Shown: positions 50,901-63,740 of the stretch, piece after piece | Layout of the letters: each line of letters begins with the position of its first letter | Numbering within the stretch: position 1 is the first letter of the stretch | Assembly: GCA_000708835.1 (NCBI GenBank) | Contig: DF236954.1 | Coordinates: 422,052 to 486,051 of the forward strand | DNA length: 64,000 bases | Reading direction: 5' to 3' | From: Klebsormidium nitens | Taxonomy: Eukaryota; Plantae; Klebsormidiophyceae | Made by a program: the position numbers and the translations under genes | Notes under the pieces: model-generated | Database searches by the model: none | Told to the model about the DNA's origin: nothing | Seen by the model: only the letters and a program-made list of their open reading frames with translations

Positions 50901-53900
50901 TTCTTCATGGGCTGGAGACTGATTTGTTGAGACTGATTTCTTGAGACTGATTTCTTGAGACTGATTTCTTGCGAGTCGGCGGCTGACCTGTAGATGGCGA
51001 GCTTCTCGTCGAAGGCGTCGACCCACTCGCGCTTGATCCGCTCCAGCTTGTGCAGCTTGCGCTTGTACTCCAGGATCTCCAGGTCCTGCACCGTGACGGG
51101 GCCCGCGGGGGCGACCGCCTGCGTAGGAAAGTGCATAACTTATCAGTGTTTGGAAAATCCTTCCCGAGGAGACAGACAACATTCTTCCAGTCGCAGTGAG
51201 TATCCGACTTTGGAGACCCTTTACGAGCGGTCGAGAGCATTTTTGGAGTCGCAGTCCTAAAATCGATTTGCGGCGACCGTGCTCCAAGAAAATGATTCCG
51301 AACAACCTCAACTGGGACGTAGACTCTAACGATCCGACCAGGGTTTGAGGGGCACTCGTCATGCTGCATCCGACCAATCTCGGAGTGCCCTACGCTCTCG
51401 GTTGAAACGGGATTTCGAGCTGATTTCCGCAGTTTCTGCCTTCTGAGGTACATGCCACGGAGTCCTTGAATTTAGGTGTTTGCGAGCAGGCTCGGTCGCA
51501 AAAACATTTGGGAGACCGTCCGTGCGGGTTCTGAGTCCTTGCAAACTTCGACAAAGCGAGAAGGTTGGTACTGAGACGTCTCCTAGGATTTCGTCACAGC
51601 TCAGCCTGTGAGTTCTAAAGAGCACCAGCTAATCGTCATATGGCGAGTCTGGCGAAGAAATGACGGCGTGAAGCTTCCACGGCAGCACCCTTTGCAAAAA
51701 CGACATGAAACTGCTTACTTGTGCTGTGGAGGGCCCCGGAGTTTCGTCGACCGGCACCACTTGAGTGCCTGCAGATACAAAAGACTGCTTCAGATCGTGC
51801 TCGCTTGTTGACCACCCGGCATCGAAAGGCATGACTAACCCAAAAGCGCATGACTTCCTCAAAAGTAGTATCCCAAACGCACGACTAACCAAAGGAATGC
51901 CTATCCCAAATGCATGGCTGACTCAAAGGCACGACTGGAAACAGGAACGGCTGACTAACCTGCGGCCTGCTCCGCTGCGGCGGGAGTCCCTGGAGCTGCG
52001 ATTGGCAGTTCCGGTGCATCATCAGCCGGAAGGGACGGAAGCACGGAACCAGCCGAGGCCCACTGCAGAGAAAAGTGCGTAGATTAGATACCGCAATTGA
52101 CTTGCGGTGGTGGAAAAAACTATTCCGACGGCCCTTGCTTGTGGAAGACGTCTTGCACACGCCATCGAGTGCCGGGAAGTCAGCTCGCCGATTGCAGACA
52201 TAGGTGGACGTCCTTTGACTTCACAGGCCGTACAATCCCATCATCAACTTTGCCAATGGGCAAACGGAAGTGGTGAAAAGAAACCAGATCTGCAACTGCG
52301 CTGCACGATGTGTGATGCAGAAGCCAGTGACTGCATACTTTGAATCTTGTTCTACTAAACAGTCCAACGTAATATGAACAAATGTCGCGCTACGTGCGTT
52401 CGTCTCTACACACTACACAACCCCAACACCACGACCGGGGCAGACTTGCCAATCCCCCGGGGCAACTCACCGCCTGCTCGACCTCCTCTTCCGACGGCTC
52501 GTCCTCGTCCACCGTGACCGACAGCGCGGACACGGACGGCTTCAGCTCCAGGATCGACTTCATCGTCTGCGCAGCTTCCTCGGTCTTTGCTGCGGCCTCC
52601 TCGACGCCCTTCCGTGTGCGTTTCGTTGCACCTATAAACAAAGCGCGATTCCGTGGAACCTCAGCCACTCGGTGAGCAGCCGTTTGAAGTAGGCAGACAA
52701 CAAGAGTCCCCATCATTCTCGCCGAGGGTTTCAGATCCAAAGTGGACTTCATCGTCTGTGCAGCTTCCTGGGTCTTCGCCAAACCTCCTCGACGCTCTTC
52801 CGTGTGCGTTTCGTTGAAACTGTGGCAAAGCGGACTTCTGCTAGCTTCCATTGTTGTCCAATTGCTCTGGCAAAGGACAGGACACGTGTGAGCGGCAATG
52901 GCGGAGCAGAGTTGTGCAGGGTAGGGACTTAAAAAGTGAGTGCGACATGCCGCAGCCTCTTTCCAGCCTTCCTTGTGCGCCTCTTACAAGTGGGGGTTTG
53001 GATGATTGCCAGGCATTTCGCGTTCATACGCTGATCAAGGGACTTTGCGGTAGAGCATATCAGCAGAATGATTTGCGGAAAGGTCGTTTTGAAATCGATC
53101 TTAAAACAACGTGGGTGAAACAGCCTGATTGACAAGAGAGAGACGGGCCATATCCGACAATCTTGGGGAGTACTTATGCAGCTACCTCTGCCCGGCTCGG
53201 GACATTTGTCTGCGAGCCAAAGCAAGAATCCCAGTTCTAGAAACGGGTGCGAAGGAAGAATTGCACCGGCAGGGGCTAATGGAGACGGCGAAGGTGCTTC
53301 AAACATCGCTGCAGCGAGAACTCAGCACAACAACTCACTTTCGAGGCGTGGCGTACCTTTGCCCTTCTCGACGTCGCCCTTCGCAGCCTACAGAAGACGA
53401 CAAAAGCGTTGTTACTTCGGACATCGCCACTTGATTAGCAAGCAACCTTTTTGAGACGTAAGGCCCGCAAAGAACCACCGGTCTAACTGGTGCGCAGAAT
53501 CAAGAGCAAGGGTTATGGTTGCATGTTACGAGGAGTCCTCCGGATGTCGTCAACTTCGTCCCCACAAGATTTGTGACGTTTGCAATCACACGTAGTGGTT
53601 GTCAAAAACAGTTTTAGAACCTGTGATGTCACCGACACCTATTGGACGTTCCTGCGCAGAGCCGCATTGCTTTGAGGTGTTGACAACGCTTGTGGACCCA
53701 CATCAAGCGACTGCACAGCAATGCAAAGCGTCGTACCTTCGGGCTGCTGAAAGACGACTTCCGTTTCCGCTGCCCTTTACCTCCCTCAGCAGCTGGAGAA
53801 AGGTCGGTCCCCTTTCCGTTTGCTACACACGATGAACATGCTGTTAATTTGAGCTGTAGGGATCACGGCATCAGCACGCTGAGTTCCTGCGGACCAGTGG

Positions 53901-56900
53901 CCTTTTTCAACATGCGGACTGTTTTTCTCCCTGTTTTTCTTTGGTATCTTTCCCCCTTTCCCTACGGGAAGGAGTTACTTCTTTCCATTGCGATGCAAAT
54001 CCCTCGGAGGCTTTGCTGTCAACGCACTTCAATCATTTGCAATGATTCTTTGCGGTGAATCCGAACCAACAACACAGATGAGTATGGAAGATTGTGCACC
54101 AAAGCGTATGCGAGCAACGTCACGTCTAAGACGGCGGTTACAAAGTGTCCTCTAAGCGAAAGCTCAGCAGAAAGTTTGACTCGTTTGATATCCTCAGAGA
54201 AAGCGAGCTTAGTCCCTCTCTCCCTACTCTAAAGGCGTTATGAGGTCGGGTAAACAGCAAAAGAGCGGCTTCAATCTGGACTTGGAACCCGCTGTCCTCC
54301 CCTCTACTCCAAAAAGCTAAGCTTTGCACAAGATCGACACGAGTGAGTATGGGGGCGCTCACCCTTTGGCTGGACCTCGCCCCTGATTGCAGCGGCCAGG
54401 TCCGCAATCTTCATCTGCAGAAACAAGGAGCGTTGAAAGCCGCTCTGAGCAGCAAAACAGCCTCATATCAAGAAAAGTAATGAGTGTGTCAGAAGAAACG
54501 TTCATCGACCTTTTGCCCTTAAGCAAAAGCTTCGAGTCATACTGACAATCTCGCCCGTGAGAAAGCCTGACTCCTACCTTGTGTTTCTGCATGTCTAAAC
54601 AAAAGCACTCTTGTACAGAACTTGTCCTTCTTCTTGTGCACGTCATCCACCCGCCCTCCATCAGAAAGAGCAAACACTCTCGGAAATCGGACCCTTGATT
54701 CACAGTCACACTACAAGACGTGTAAGCCATCTCAATTTGTTATGCAAGTCAGTCTTCTGAGACCCGGACACACGAGAAGGTTTGAGACAAGAAGGCTCTG
54801 AGGAAAGGACAGGCTCCGGATTATGAAAATGTCACCTTCTTCTTCTCCACGTCATCCACCTTGCCCTCCGTCACGACGAGCGCCACGAGCGCCACCAGCC
54901 CGTGCGGCAGCGTGGCGACCCGGTCGGACACCAGGGCGTCCGAAAAGCCCAGCAGCTGGGTCCGAAGGTCGCCCAAGTCCCGCTTCTTGGCTTCCTCCGC
55001 GAGGGACGCCATGTGGCCTGGGGAGGACCGTCCGATGCGCCGGATGCGCTTGGCGATGGACGGCCAGTTGTCGGGGTTGGCGAGGATTTCGTCCAGGGTG
55101 GGGAGGTCGTCGGGAGCTGCACCAAAAGGAGGTGGCGGATCTGAACACGACCGTGACTTGCGTTGCTTTCAGGCCAGACCAACCGTGGGCTAGAAAACGA
55201 TGGCGCTGCAAACCAGGTCCGCTGACTCGCCAATGAGCGGAAAGGCATCAGGAAAACTCTCAAGTACACGTTTGTTGTAGTCGGAGGAGTACCAAAGGCA
55301 GAAGTAGACGGAGGAGATCGAAAAGCGAGCTCCAACTGCTAACAAGATAACGTACAAACCGGGTAAACACAAGGTGGTCGAGAACTCCTTCAACAGAGCT
55401 TGAAAAAATAGCCATACGCTGAGCAACAAACCCGAGGAAATCGTGCTCACGAAGATTTTGTCTTGACAGATCCTCCGAAGGAGCGGGACAGAGCGGGCAT
55501 CCGTGCTATCGAAATGGCGCTTACAAAGACGGAAGATCCAAAATCCATCCGCCTCGAATGCGGCTCGCTTATGCATCACGCTCAGCAGTCAGCAAAGCTA
55601 CTGCGACACTTTCTCGGTAAGGCAAAGTTGGTTATCCACAAGGAAAGAATCTCCTATGTAACGGATCGACGAAAGGAGCTCACCTTGCTCTGCTTCAGCA
55701 GGCTCCACAATTTTCACTGCATATACAAGCACTGAAAGTCATGCAAAGATGCTGACCAGCATCATTCCAGCAGATTTTGATTTTTGACACAGCAACTGCG
55801 CGACGAGAGCGCAAAGCAAGGCCAAACTCAGAAGAGCCCAGACTACAGTAAATCAATCAGCTGAGCGACCCTTGCGATTCGCTTTCTTAAACGTAATGGG
55901 TCGAGACGAGGCACGAGGTACTGCATATGAATACAGCATCTTCTTTCACGGCAAGTGGCACATCCTCCCAGACTGCCTATCGTTGGGCAAGCCTAGAGGC
56001 GGCTTTGCAAAAGCCAGGCAACACTTCTTTGTCTCCACGCTGGATGCAATAATCACCTTTCACGGTGCATGCCTTCTTCAGAGAAAGCCCCGAAGCAGGC
56101 TATGTACGCTGATAACTGCTGTGAAGTAAAGACAATAGCTCACCATCCGAGTCGGCAGACGGGTCCCTCTTCTTTGCAGAGCCGGTTTGTGGAGACGCAA
56201 GCGCCGAGCTCTTGCGCTTGCCGCGGCTTCCTGAGGCTTTGCCCGTTATGTCAAGGTCCTTCCGGATTTCCTCTGCAGAAGCAGAGCATTGTTGTTTCTT
56301 GACGTGCACAGGCTCACAGCAAAGTTTTGTAGTACAGAAGCGTATTACCACAGCGTGACATTTCCAATAATCAAGCTCCGGAGTAGGGAAGCTCTTTGTG
56401 AGTCACGAATGATGCTTCCTTCTGGTTCCATTGATCATCTCCTGTCAATCTCACGGGTGTGTGTACCTTTTATGTATTGTATGTGAATTGTAGAGGCAAT
56501 AGAGATTGCAGGCAATTGAGATGCCAAAACTGTCCGCTCAATCTGGGCCAGTTCACAGCACTTCCATGCTAGAGGGTCTCGTCACCTGAGCTTGCAGGGA
56601 TGTGCCACTCATATGAGTTCTGGATCTCCTCCACTTGCTCTGCCGGCAGGAGCAGCACGTCCCTGAGAAACGCTCCGACCGCCTTTTTAGAGCCAAACTC
56701 CGGGGCGTCAGGGTGCTTCCGGAAGCTGCATGGCAGCAGGACCGGTTATGGACGTAAGTACGTTCAGTTATTCCTGGCTGAAAGACAACATAGTATGTCA
56801 GAAAATGAAAGGTGCATGACATTGACGGACTCAAAGCCCCAGTTACATAATTGGTTAATTGTTGGTCCATGTCGCTCTTCTCTTTCATGTGCCGATGGTG

Positions 56901-58234
56901 GGACTCAAACCAGACAGTAAAGCTGAAAGCCAAACGGCAAATTGAAATCTATATCCCAACCTAAAATGCAAACAAGATAATCTGTAACCTCAAGAGGGAC
57001 ACCAGAGCTAGCTTCGAACACAGATTTGAACCGTTCTTCCCCAGGGGACCTACCTGTCCACGTAACTGCCCTTGCCGCTGATCCTGGCCCTGGGTCCCAC
57101 CCTCCAGCCCCACCCTGCAACAAGAAATCCTTTGTCGAGGCATCTGATCAACAAAGGTCAACCATATCCTGTACATGACTGCTGCTTGTGGCAAACCTCC
57201 TGATAGATTGGGGCCACTGCCACTAGCAAACTCCACAGAAATAGCACGGCTTTTCATCGTTCAGGTGGCCGGGCATCAACTCTGCTTCATCCTGTGACAA
57301 AGCAAGAAGAGCAGCTGTCGTGTAACACTCAGTTGACTCCGCAGCATTGCCTGCAGATCATCACGCATGTGGCAGTTACTAACCTTGGGGTGCAAAAGGT
57401 GGCCCCTCGCCCCGGGAGTCACGGGGGACGCCATCGGAGTAGCCAGCCTGTTTGGCCAAGGCCATCAAATGATCCTGCTCACTAGTACCTGGCAGAAAAC
57501 CAAGTTCACCATGCAATGTGAATCTCATTTGAAATCTCATCAATGTCTTGGTTAAGCAAAGCTGGTCAAGGGTCAGTTTACAGTGCTGAAAGGATGGATC
57601 TGCTCGTGGTCACGGGATTCTGCATTATCTGTTCTTCTCCCACGCTCCCATGCTTCTCCCAACACCCCTTGATTCTCAGCTGCGCTCCACATCTAAGGTT
57701 GAGGGCGAAACGATGCAGTGGACAGATGGCTGATTAAAAGTTCCTGGCCAGCTCTCTTTCTATTTAGAGCGAGAGGGATGAAATGCAAATGGACAAAGAA
57801 GTTTGGTGATTGAAATTGTTAGCAGTGGTTTGAAGACCTTGACTCCACATGATCAAAGGCTCGTTGAAGAGGTGGTATGACAAAAATGCTGTTGGACATA
57901 CTAGCAGTCAGTGCAAAAGTTTTTGTCAAGCAAGCGTTGAAGGCATGCGCGATGTCAAACGGCTAAAATTGCCAACAATGTACTTCTGCCACGTGTCACC
58001 GAGCACAATGTGCAATGCAAACCTACCAGCGGGTGATCCAAATGCAGCAGCTGCAGCTACACCAGCCTCCGGTTGCTTCTCTGGGGTCTGCGTGGGCGTC
58101 TCCAAAGAGACTTTCTCATGCAGCATTTCAACAGAGACCTTTTCAAGCACTGTCCCGCCCACGTCAATTGCCTTCTCCTCTTCTTGGACCACTGCCAGGT
58201 CCATCTCTGAGACGATGGTGATGCCTTCAGCCAT
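47954..58234 (-). CDS. DUF7081-like (MBD-like) domain plus long C-terminal coiled coil, about 571 aa. Exons 58027-58234, 57384-57488, 57054-57114, 56586-56725, 54836-55116, 54363-54414, 52471-52631, 50988-51118, 50216-50355, 48970-49200, 47954-48159.
   Basis: All 10 junctions in phase. GEGPPFAPQGWGWRVGPRARISGKGSYVDSF...FGSKKAVGAFL...SYEWHIPA recalls the N-terminal domain of plant At1g05410-type proteins (from memory). E/K/R/Q-rich heptad C-terminus. Confidence 0.8.
48445..49700 (-). repeat. Degenerate copies of both edges of exon 48970-49200
   Basis: Donor-side copies with GT at 48847, 48736, 48610 and 48454 (true donor 48968). Acceptor-side copies with AG at 49380, 49543 and 49684 (true acceptor 49201). 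Confidence 0.88.
50072..50205. repeat. 67-bp tandem duplication next to the donor of exon 50216-50355
   Basis: ctacatga.agactgcagatctaaag...gaggccgagcagaactagagaagggcgagcg.agggg at 50072-50138 and 50139-50205. Confidence 0.9.
50915..50970. repeat. Intronic minisatellite, 4 x 14 bp
   Basis: GAGACTGATTT(G/C)TT four times in tandem. Confidence 0.9.
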
Positions 58235-59244
58235 AGATTTCCTAGAGAATACAGAGAGAGATTTGCGACAGAGGTTTGTAAACATGCGCGCGTAATGCGT
58301 GCACCAGCGCACCTGATTCTAGGTTGGAATGCTGACCGCGTTTGCACCACTTCAGATTCAAAATCCTACTGATGGAAATGCAGATCACAATGCCGCCCTC
58401 TTTGCTTGAAGGCTGAACTTGACGTTGAAGTTCGTGGCGACGTCCTCATGTGCGCCCCTCATGCAGGCTCAGCTGGAGCCCTGCAGGCTGCAGGCTGCAG
58501 GCTGCAGTCGACTGTCGAGTGCATGAAGTCAAGGGTTTTCCGCTTCCTGTATGGTTCCGCCGGATCGAAAGCGATTCTAGCGCTATATGAGACAGCCGGA
58601 GCGAAGCGACCGCAGCTTGGCAAACCCACCAAACCTGTCGTTGACCATTTTTGGCCGCAGATGCCAGATATTACACCAAGTCGCCCGCAGGGCCGGCCGG
58701 CGCAGGCGGCAGAACCTCGCGCCTGGGCAGACTTCTGGTTAGGTGGTAACTTGTTCAAGCAGCATCGGGTTATCCAGCATTGGTCGCCATCCAGGGCGTT
58801 GGAGGAGGAAGGGCTTCATCTGTGTGCACCATACCAGTATACCGTAGAGGCTAGAGGCTAGAGGCAGAAGTCAGGGCGCGATCAGGAAGCGCCTACGCAA
58901 GCTCGAGGGAGACCTGATTAGAGCCACTGTAGCCCGCAGCAATTGGAAGATGCTCAAATGTTCCCTTGAAATTGCGCTTGGGGGATTTCAAACCAAGATT
59001 TGTGCAGAGCGGCGGGGTTGCCTAGGCGAGGAATAGGGGGGGTTGCATGCTGCCCCAGGGGCTGCCCAGTGGGAGCAGTGCAGGGATCCGACTCAGATCG
59101 CGAGATCCTAGCCGAGGCACATCTCCCGCTTGGCAGGATTCCGGAAGTGACTCTGATCCAGAGCCAGTAATCAGGCCCTCGGCCGCTGGACGAGGGAGAC
59201 GGCAGAAGTTGGCAGAGTGGGTCAAGAAAAGGAGGGAGGCAATT

Positions 59245-62200
59245 ATGGCGCACGGAGGGCCGAAGGGGCCTTTGCCTCATGTCCCGAAGACAATGGAAAT
59301 GTTCCGATCGGAGGAGATGCAATTGGTCCAGCTTATTATCCCTGCTGAGGCTGCACATGAGACGGTGTCCTATCTGGGGGACATTGGCCTGCTCCAGTTT
59401 AAAGATGTGAGCATTGTTGCCCTGGAAGTGCTTGATTTGATGTGTGTAGCCGAATTCTATTGCTAGAGTGAAGCATCATTCACCTGGAACTGGCAGCTGC
59501 AGCACCTGCTCTGAATGCAGATTGAATGCTCTGATCGAGCTCCAGAACTTGCACTTGTTGCTTTCTTGCGCGCGCTCTTCTTTACTTGTTGCCTGATTCT
59601 GAAGATGTTCTCTTTGACAGTTGAATGCTGACAAGAGCGCCTTTCAGAGGACCTATGCCAACCAGGTAAGAACGACATTGATCGAGTACACATGGTCAAT
59701 CCCCTTCTGTTTTGCACGGTGAATACTCTCATCTAGTTCGTTACTGTGACATATGCTGAGGCACCTGTGCGATGTAAAACTGCTTTTAGCTTCCTTCATG
59801 TATGTAAGCATCATTGAGTGTCTGCCTCTCTTTTGAATCTGTGAAAGTACGGGCCTCTTGGATGTTGTCGAGCTCGTTGCGATGAGCATAACGTGTGCTG
59901 CAGGTCAAGCGATGTGCTGAGATGGCGAGGAAGTTGCGCTTCTTTAAGGATCAGATACAGAAGGCTGACCTCCGGATCAGCACAGGCGGCACTACTGAAA
60001 AAGAATTGGATCTGGACGAACTAGAGGTGCGTGTCAGCAAGCCGTCAATCATGAAACTTGGTCATCCGCAGAAGCGTCTTCTCCACTTACATGTTCTTCG
60101 GTCAGCGAAACTAGGTGTAAGGCAAGCGATGCCTTGTCCATCCAAAGCATTGCTCTGTGTTCCTGTTAGAAAGTCCGCTTGTTGCTGTTCTCGCCTTTAG
60201 GTGCAGATTTTATGGTTTGCGTTTATCGAAGCGTGACGTCCACCTGCAGGGCAAGCTCACGGAACTTGAAACGGAGCTTCTTGAGATCAACTCCAACAGC
60301 GAGAAGTTGAGGAGGAGCCAAAGCGAGCTGGTTGAACTGAAGCTTGTCCTTGAGAAGGTGAGGTTTCTATGGCGTTGAGCACCTGAGTTTGCGAAATTGA
60401 TGGTTTTGTGAAACTATCCGCATTGTTGTCACGCTGTTGTCTGATAGCTTTAAAGCCTAACAGAAGCTTACGCTCTACTTTTTGCTGGCCAGGCTGGGAG
60501 TTTCTTCACGCAAGCAAGGGATGGGGCTGCTGTACAGCAACGTGAGCTGGAGGACTCTGTGGTAGCATCTGAGTCGATGGACAGCCCCCTGCTTCTGGAA
60601 CAGGTAAGCTATCAACCAGCGCATCATGCTTCAGATGATACCCCTGAAAGTGGTTTCAGGGGAATACGCTAGTGGGAGTAGGCCCTTCTGAATTGTGTGT
60701 CAGATCTGAAGGTTTACTGCAGGCGCAAGCACTGCAGCGATGGTTCTAGTTTTTCTTTGCAATGGCTCTTATGAGCGCAAGTTCTGGAACTTTCTCCCTT
60801 TTTGCACTGACAGTGCTTGTTCGTTCGCAGGAGATGCAGACGGACCCGTCCAAGGTCGTCAGGCTCGGCTTTGTTACGGGGCTGGTTCCTAAGGCCAAGT
60901 CGATTACTTTCGAGCGTGTGCTCTTCAGGGCAACGAGAGGCAACATGTTCCTTCGACTTGCTCCTGTGGAGACCCCAGTGATTGACCCGCAGACGGGAGA
61001 AAAGGTCAGTCACCAACAGGCGGCTGCACCTAGGCAGCCAGCAGAACTCACTTGAGCAAGATGTCTGTAGGGTCAGGGGGCCCAGCTCTTGGTTCAACAT
61101 CCTGCATTGTCCAAATTCTCTAGACGACATTTGCTTTGCATCCCATGGATGCGGTTGAAGAGGTTGTTCGATACTCGCAGCTTGGGATTTTCACTTCTTC
61201 AAGTTGCCCATCCTGCTTCATGGACCCTTACTTCAAAACTGAATGCTTAACTTATTGTGGTTGTACTCAACCTTTGTGGTGTTAGCAGTCTACCTTACGC
61301 TTGGGAGTGCTAGACCGGGCTTGAAATCAACCGTACAGACGTTTGAGCGTACATGTGTCTTTGCGATTCTGCAGGTGGAGAAGTGCGTCTTTGTCGTCTT
61401 CTTTGCTGGTGAGAGGGCTCGCACAAAGATTCTCAAGATCTGCGAGGCCTTTGGGGCGAACCGCTACCCCTTCCCAGAGGATCCAGCCAAGCAGAGGCAG
61501 ATGATGGCAGAGGTAACAAACATTGATTTCGTTTCCGGTTGACAATCTGACTTTTGTCAACCTCTCTTACCAGGGAATTTTACACTTTCTGCATTTCTCA
61601 TGACTGCACCTTCAGACTGCTTCAGAGCATTCTCTCATCAGCTTTGAGAATACCCTTGCTTGCATGTGGAAGAGACTTCTATGCTGGTGCCTAAGCTTCT
61701 TGCAGTGTGCTTGATCCGACACCTCAATGTGTTGGATTGCAAGACACCTAACACAGTTTGTCAATTTAAGCCTGTACATTCACTGGTCCTCAGGTGACCG
61801 CTCGCCTCTCCGAGCTGGAGACCACCATCGAGGCTGGCGACCGCCACCGTGACAATGTCCTCACCAGCACTGCATATCAGATCGAGACGTGGACCGCGCT
61901 CGTCCGGCGCAAGAAGGCGATCTATCACACGCTTAACATGCTCAGCATTGATGTCACCAGGAAGTGCCTGGTGGCTGAGGGCTGGTGCCCAGTTTTTGCA
62001 AAGCCCAAGGTGAGGGATTGTAGTATGTCTTAAGAAGGGCACTTTTCTGGATGCTCTGATCCTCAGATGTGCTTCGGAAAGAGTCGTCCACTTGCTTCTT
62101 TTTCTTGGTATGCTCAGGAAGTAGGCTTCTGGTCTTCCGTGAGACTGATAATCAGTCCATCCTCTGCTAGTCATTTGTGCTATCTGGAAATCCTGCAGAT

Positions 62201-63740
62201 TTTCTCTAGCACTTTTGTCATTTTACTTCAAATCGCTGCTCCTCACCTTACCTAGACACGTTACTTACTTCTTTACGTTTGATTTGTCAAATCTCCTAAC
62301 CACGCCCCCCTTGTTGCTGCAGATCCAAGATGCGCTGCAGCGGGCGGCCGTTGACAGCAGCTCCACTGTGAGCACCATCTTCCAGCCGATCAACACCCAC
62401 GAGATGCCCCCCACGTTCTACCAGACGAACAAGTTCACGTCGTGCTTCCAGGAGATCGTTGAGGCATACGGGTGAGCCGATCAGAGCCACTGGCAGCTTT
62501 GCTGGAAGTAAACGCAACACCGTTTTAGGATCCAGATCTGCAATCCGCTTCGAGAAGTTTTTCTGGAAGCATTGGCAAGTGGCCGCTGCATTGTGGACCA
62601 TCGAGACTGGCTGCGCAGATCTTTTTGCCGAGTTGACTCTTGCTTATGACCTTCGGCGCCGCACTTTTCTTGCCTGGGCAATTGACATGAGGCTTAGCGC
62701 GGGTTTGTAAGAGGGAATACGACGGGAAACGACGACATTCGTGAAGATGATCCGCCCATTCTCAGACCCTGTGACCATGTCCTTCAGGCACGTTCCATTA
62801 TTAGGCGCCTTGGCAGGTTTTGCTTCCAATCGTCAGATTGGATGATTTTTATTAACTGTGCAGGGTTGCGCGATACCAGGAGGCTAACCCTGCTCCGTTC
62901 ACCGTGATCTCCTTCCCGTTCCTGTTCGCCATCATGTTTGGCGACTGGGGCCACGGCATCCTGATGCTCCTGGCGAGCCTGTACCTGGTGGGGAACGAGA
63001 AGAAGTGGATGGGCAAGGTGAGCACACTGGAGACCAGTACAAGCGAAGCTTTTCATATTCTAATGAAGGAGAGTTGTCTATATTTCTAACAAAGGGATGA
63101 GGCTTTCGAAGAGTATGGGCATGTCTGTTGGACGACGACTCTGAAGGAGTTGCCTAGAATCGGAAGAGATCGACGTAGGAAGACTTACCCTACTTGTTGA
63201 GTGAGTTACTCCATGCTTCTTCTGTATTGTTTGCAACTGCATTTGGGATAGTACAGGCCAAGGAACTCCGCTCCTTAAAGCTCGTTTCAACAGTGTTGGA
63301 AGTCACAATCTACGGATTTGAGAGTTGTCTGAGGGTCCCCCTTCTGCCGGCGGGCTTTGCATGTCATTCTAGTTCCTTCATTCGCTGTTCAATCTTTCCT
63401 GGTACTTGTTGACATTGTAGCTTAATCTCGTCACGACTTCCTTGAAAGTCGTTGTTGCTTCAGGTTGCTCATCAGTTTCTCAATCTACCTATTCGATTAT
63501 GTCGGCGCTTAATCAGTATGTGCACCCGTATGTGCACCCTTTCATTCAGCTTAAAACATTTTCCGTTTGCGACCTGCAGAAACTTGGCGACATCATGGAG
63601 ATGGCTTTCGGCGGGCGCTACTGCATCCTGCTCATGTCCATCTTCTCCATCTATACGGGGCTGATCTACAACGAGTTCTTCTCCGTGAACTTCCCCATCT
63701 TTAGCAAGGGTGCCTACACGTGCCGCACCCCAGACTGCTC
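59245..63740 (+). CDS. VHA-a: V-type H+-ATPase subunit a, 5' part; continues beyond the window. Exons 59245 (or 59047)-59406, 59621-59665, 59904-60026, 60250-60357, 60493-60603, 60831-61004, 61375-61512, 61794-62009, 62323-62471, 62864-63017, 63580-63740.
   Basis: [20 protein letters not shown]|[15 protein letters not shown]|[100 protein letters not shown]. All junctions in phase. Confidence 0.97.
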
